From NCBI GenBank assembly GCA_965655095.1, contig OZ296648.1, positions 104,718,001 through 104,782,000 of the forward strand: a DNA stretch of 64,000 nt, given 5' to 3'. Position numbers and translations under genes: made by a program. Position 1 is the first letter of the stretch. Each line of letters begins with the position of its first letter. The notes beneath the pieces are model-generated. The model saw only the letters and a program-made list of their open reading frames with translations, was not told the DNA's origin and ran no database searches. Shown piece after piece: positions 61,361-64,000 of this stretch. The DNA comes from Haplodiscus bocki. Taxonomy: Eukaryota.

Positions 61361-64000
61361 AGGCACTTCAAACACGATGAGATTTCCGTTGCCAGACACA
61401 ATCAAAATATGTGCATTCTGCCCAGCCTCAGATATCACAATTTACTCAAGGAAGACATTGAAAATTTACCTCAAAACTTGGACTTTTTTATCACGTACCA
61501 ACAAATGGACAATCTATATACACTCTTTAAGTATCGGTCCACTGACGAAGAGTTGCAAAGACGACCAAAGGTTTGGTACTGCGCACAAAAACAGTTTACG
61601 CAAACAAAATCACATAGGAGTGCAGAGACTGTCTATATCGCAAAAAAAATGATTAAACTGGCTCCCGTCGGAAAAAATTATCCCAAATTGATGGAAACTC
61701 GTGGAATGTTGCAAACTCAGGTTGTTTTTGTAGTAGCTTTTTTTTAGAACAGAGAGTGTCTTTTATATCAGATCTGTACAACAAGGTGTTCTTGACGTTA
61801 GCAACAGAAAAACTTTTTCACCGGGAACCTGAAAAAAATTGGAAAACAGAGTCTGACTCAAAAAAATTACAACACAGCAGTTTATGAAGTCATTAGAATC
61901 TGAAAACGGCAGAAGTTTGAAAAAACCCGATTTTCAAGAAACATGTTTTGGAAAATCCTATTCCGTAAGATTTTCAAAGTTTTCGGACTTTCTGCTAAAT
62001 TAAGAGCACAGTTTTGAAACAAAGTTTTTGAGAAAAAAAAACAAAACTTTTACAACGTTTTCGGTTGTTGCAAGGTAATTTTCCTGAATTTTAGAGCTAA
62101 TTTTTGACCCAGTTCTTCGACACAAAGTTTTGTTTGACAACGTTTTCATCCATACCATCATGATCAGTATATGGCATACGATGTGTCCGTCAAATGAATT
62201 ATAGCAGTCACCTTTCAGGGAATAGTTCATGTATTTGTTTTCACGAGGAATGTGTCTTTTAAATTCGCGGTGTCGCCCAGAGTTTTTCATTACAACAATT
62301 TCTAGGTATGCAAAAACCAGCTGTTACCACTAAGATTAAGGATTAGGAAACTAGAATTACTCTGTTTCTCTTGTTTGTGTGTTGTTCTTGGAAAACTTTT
62401 ATGATTAAACGTAGCATACTCAGTATGTGTTTTGCTGAAATCACATACACAAAAATACAAAACGATCTGTTGAAACAACTTAGCATAGTCATACTGAAAA
62501 ACATTTCCCTTTCGGGTTCTGAAGGGTCGACTTCTCAGCAACCTGGAATGTTCATTTCGTTGCTCAGATCCTGGGGCAGATGTTGGCGGAAATTCAATAA
62601 CTTCCATATCAGACACCTGAAACCGCTTCTATCCACCTCTTGCGCGCAAACACTTGCCTCAATAGTCTGCAAAGTTCCTGGCTGGTTCTCCGTTCTTCGA
62701 AGCTGCGCTAAATGATCGTCAAAAACTGTAAAATCTTCTAAAGTGGCAAGTTCAACGCAGCAACGGGAAGTTTTGCCGAGCTGATTGTCATTGGTTAGTC
62801 AAGATCTTTCACGTTCAAAATTACAGACTTTTGCCCAAAATCAAAAAACCCGTGGAAACCAGCAATAGAGACTGCGAAAAATGTGCTGTTTTTCATTGAA
62901 CTGAATTTATGTGAAAAGAGACATGAAAAAAAACATTTGGTTAATTGTATCAGCCAATGAAAGCTCAACACGACTATGCTATAAATGCATGAATGGAAAT
63001 ATTTTCGCTATTTTCGTCCGGGTGTTCCTGATTGTGTTCGGCGGAGATTCTTTTGTAGCGAGCGGATGCTTTGTTTGCGTCGCAGTCACGATTCTACTTT
63101 TGGCAAAAAAAGTTTTTCCATCAACACCACAATCTGTAATTGTTGATCGCTAGAATTAACTTTCAAAAAGTGACACCCTTTGCGCTGGGGACCTCTATAA
63201 CAACTTTAATGTTTTTCATCCACGTTTGGACATGGCTAAAAAATATCTTTCAGATCGACCAACAAATCCAATAACGTCTATAATTATCTTTTGTCCCTCT
63301 TGATAAATATGAACCCCTTGTCACTCATCAAGAGGAACAAATACGCATCAATTTCAAAGAGATAACTGCGCCCCTGGCTTGCGGACGCTAACACTTGACA
63401 TTGACAATCACATCTGCCGATTGGTTTGAAATTTTTTTCCACGCAAAGTTTGCTGGAACGCACTCTCTTTGGACAACAGACGTTAACAAAAACAATAGTA
63501 ATGCTCCCTTCAAGACAACAATCAATGTCGTTTGTGCCACACATTGAAAATTCTTTCAAAAAATTTACTTTTGTGCAACGTAACGTTGGTTTTTTGAATG
63601 TAGTAAGCTTCGCGACAGTTAAGCATGACAAATTCCAAATGTATGAGTAGATAACTATGTTTTTCAAACTTTTTGGGAGGAAGAAATGCAGGTTTTGTTA
63701 TTTTGGAAAGGGGAAACTGAACAAGTTTCTCTGATGGAACGTTCAATAGTAATGAACAAAGACTTTGTCTTTTTGTTTTGACGATCCGCTTTCAATTTTG
63801 GATGTCGGTAGTGCAGTCTGTGGAAAGTTGATTGCTGGACCAAATATTTCAGAAAGTCGAGCAATTCTTGATCAACAAACAAAGTTTTCTTGGAACTTTC
63901 ATTCCTTCTTGCAAGTTAAACTGCTGTGCTGTTGTGTCCTCAAATCGAAAAAGTTGGACAAATTTTCGTGGAAATTTTTCATTGGAGTCTTGGCTGACTC

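Larger units (their letters stand above)
53050..64000 (-). mobile_element. Decayed Polinton/Maverick (adintovirus-like endogenous dsDNA virus); continues off the right edge
   Basis: Contiguous minus-strand module ATPase - 2 small ORFs - integrase - minor capsid - core-like - major capsid - protease, plus accessory ORF remnants. No pPolB or terminal repeat was recognised inside the window. Confidence 0.9.

Noticed and set aside
59600-64000. Protein-primed DNA polymerase B of the Polinton
   Set aside because: I could not find DxxSLYP, KxxxNSxYG or YxDTDS-like motifs on either strand; the gene probably lies outside the window or is deleted.

Overview
Eukaryotic, AT-rich, repeat-saturated DNA (probably invertebrate animal heterochromatin; species not determinable here). 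I see no intact host gene, RNA gene or CRISPR array, and nearly every ORF in the track is a fragment of a decayed mobile-element gene or a chance ORF. (1) 1-~34,390: head-to-tail macrosatellite of about 25 monomers (mean ~1,378 bp). The monomer is a dead non-LTR (LINE, Jockey/I-like) reverse-transcriptase domain, arranged in successive higher-order blocks: two different dimers, a trimer, then homogeneous monomers. (2) ~34.6-35.0 kb: (CT)n microsatellite and a short degenerate repeat. (3) ~35.25-38.8 kb: decayed near-full-length CR1/L2-type LINE on the minus strand (ORF1, APE, RT). (4) A Penelope-like element (PLE) on the minus strand, with its RT (51.17-52.48 kb) and GIY-YIG endonuclease (39.1-39.54 kb) separated by (5). 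(5) An 11.6-kb, almost entirely palindromic insertion (39,541-51,168) with ~4.4-kb arms, a ~0.7-kb spacer, AG...CT ends and a degenerate 6-bp target-site duplication. Its arms carry a gene homologous to one in (6). (6) A decayed Polinton/Maverick (adintovirus-like) element from ~53 kb to the window end: protease, major capsid, core-like protein, minor capsid, integrase, packaging ATPase, DEDD-like nuclease and accessory ORFs. All protein assignments come from manual motif recognition across frameshifts and stops, not from database searches. Coordinates of decayed genes are approximate.
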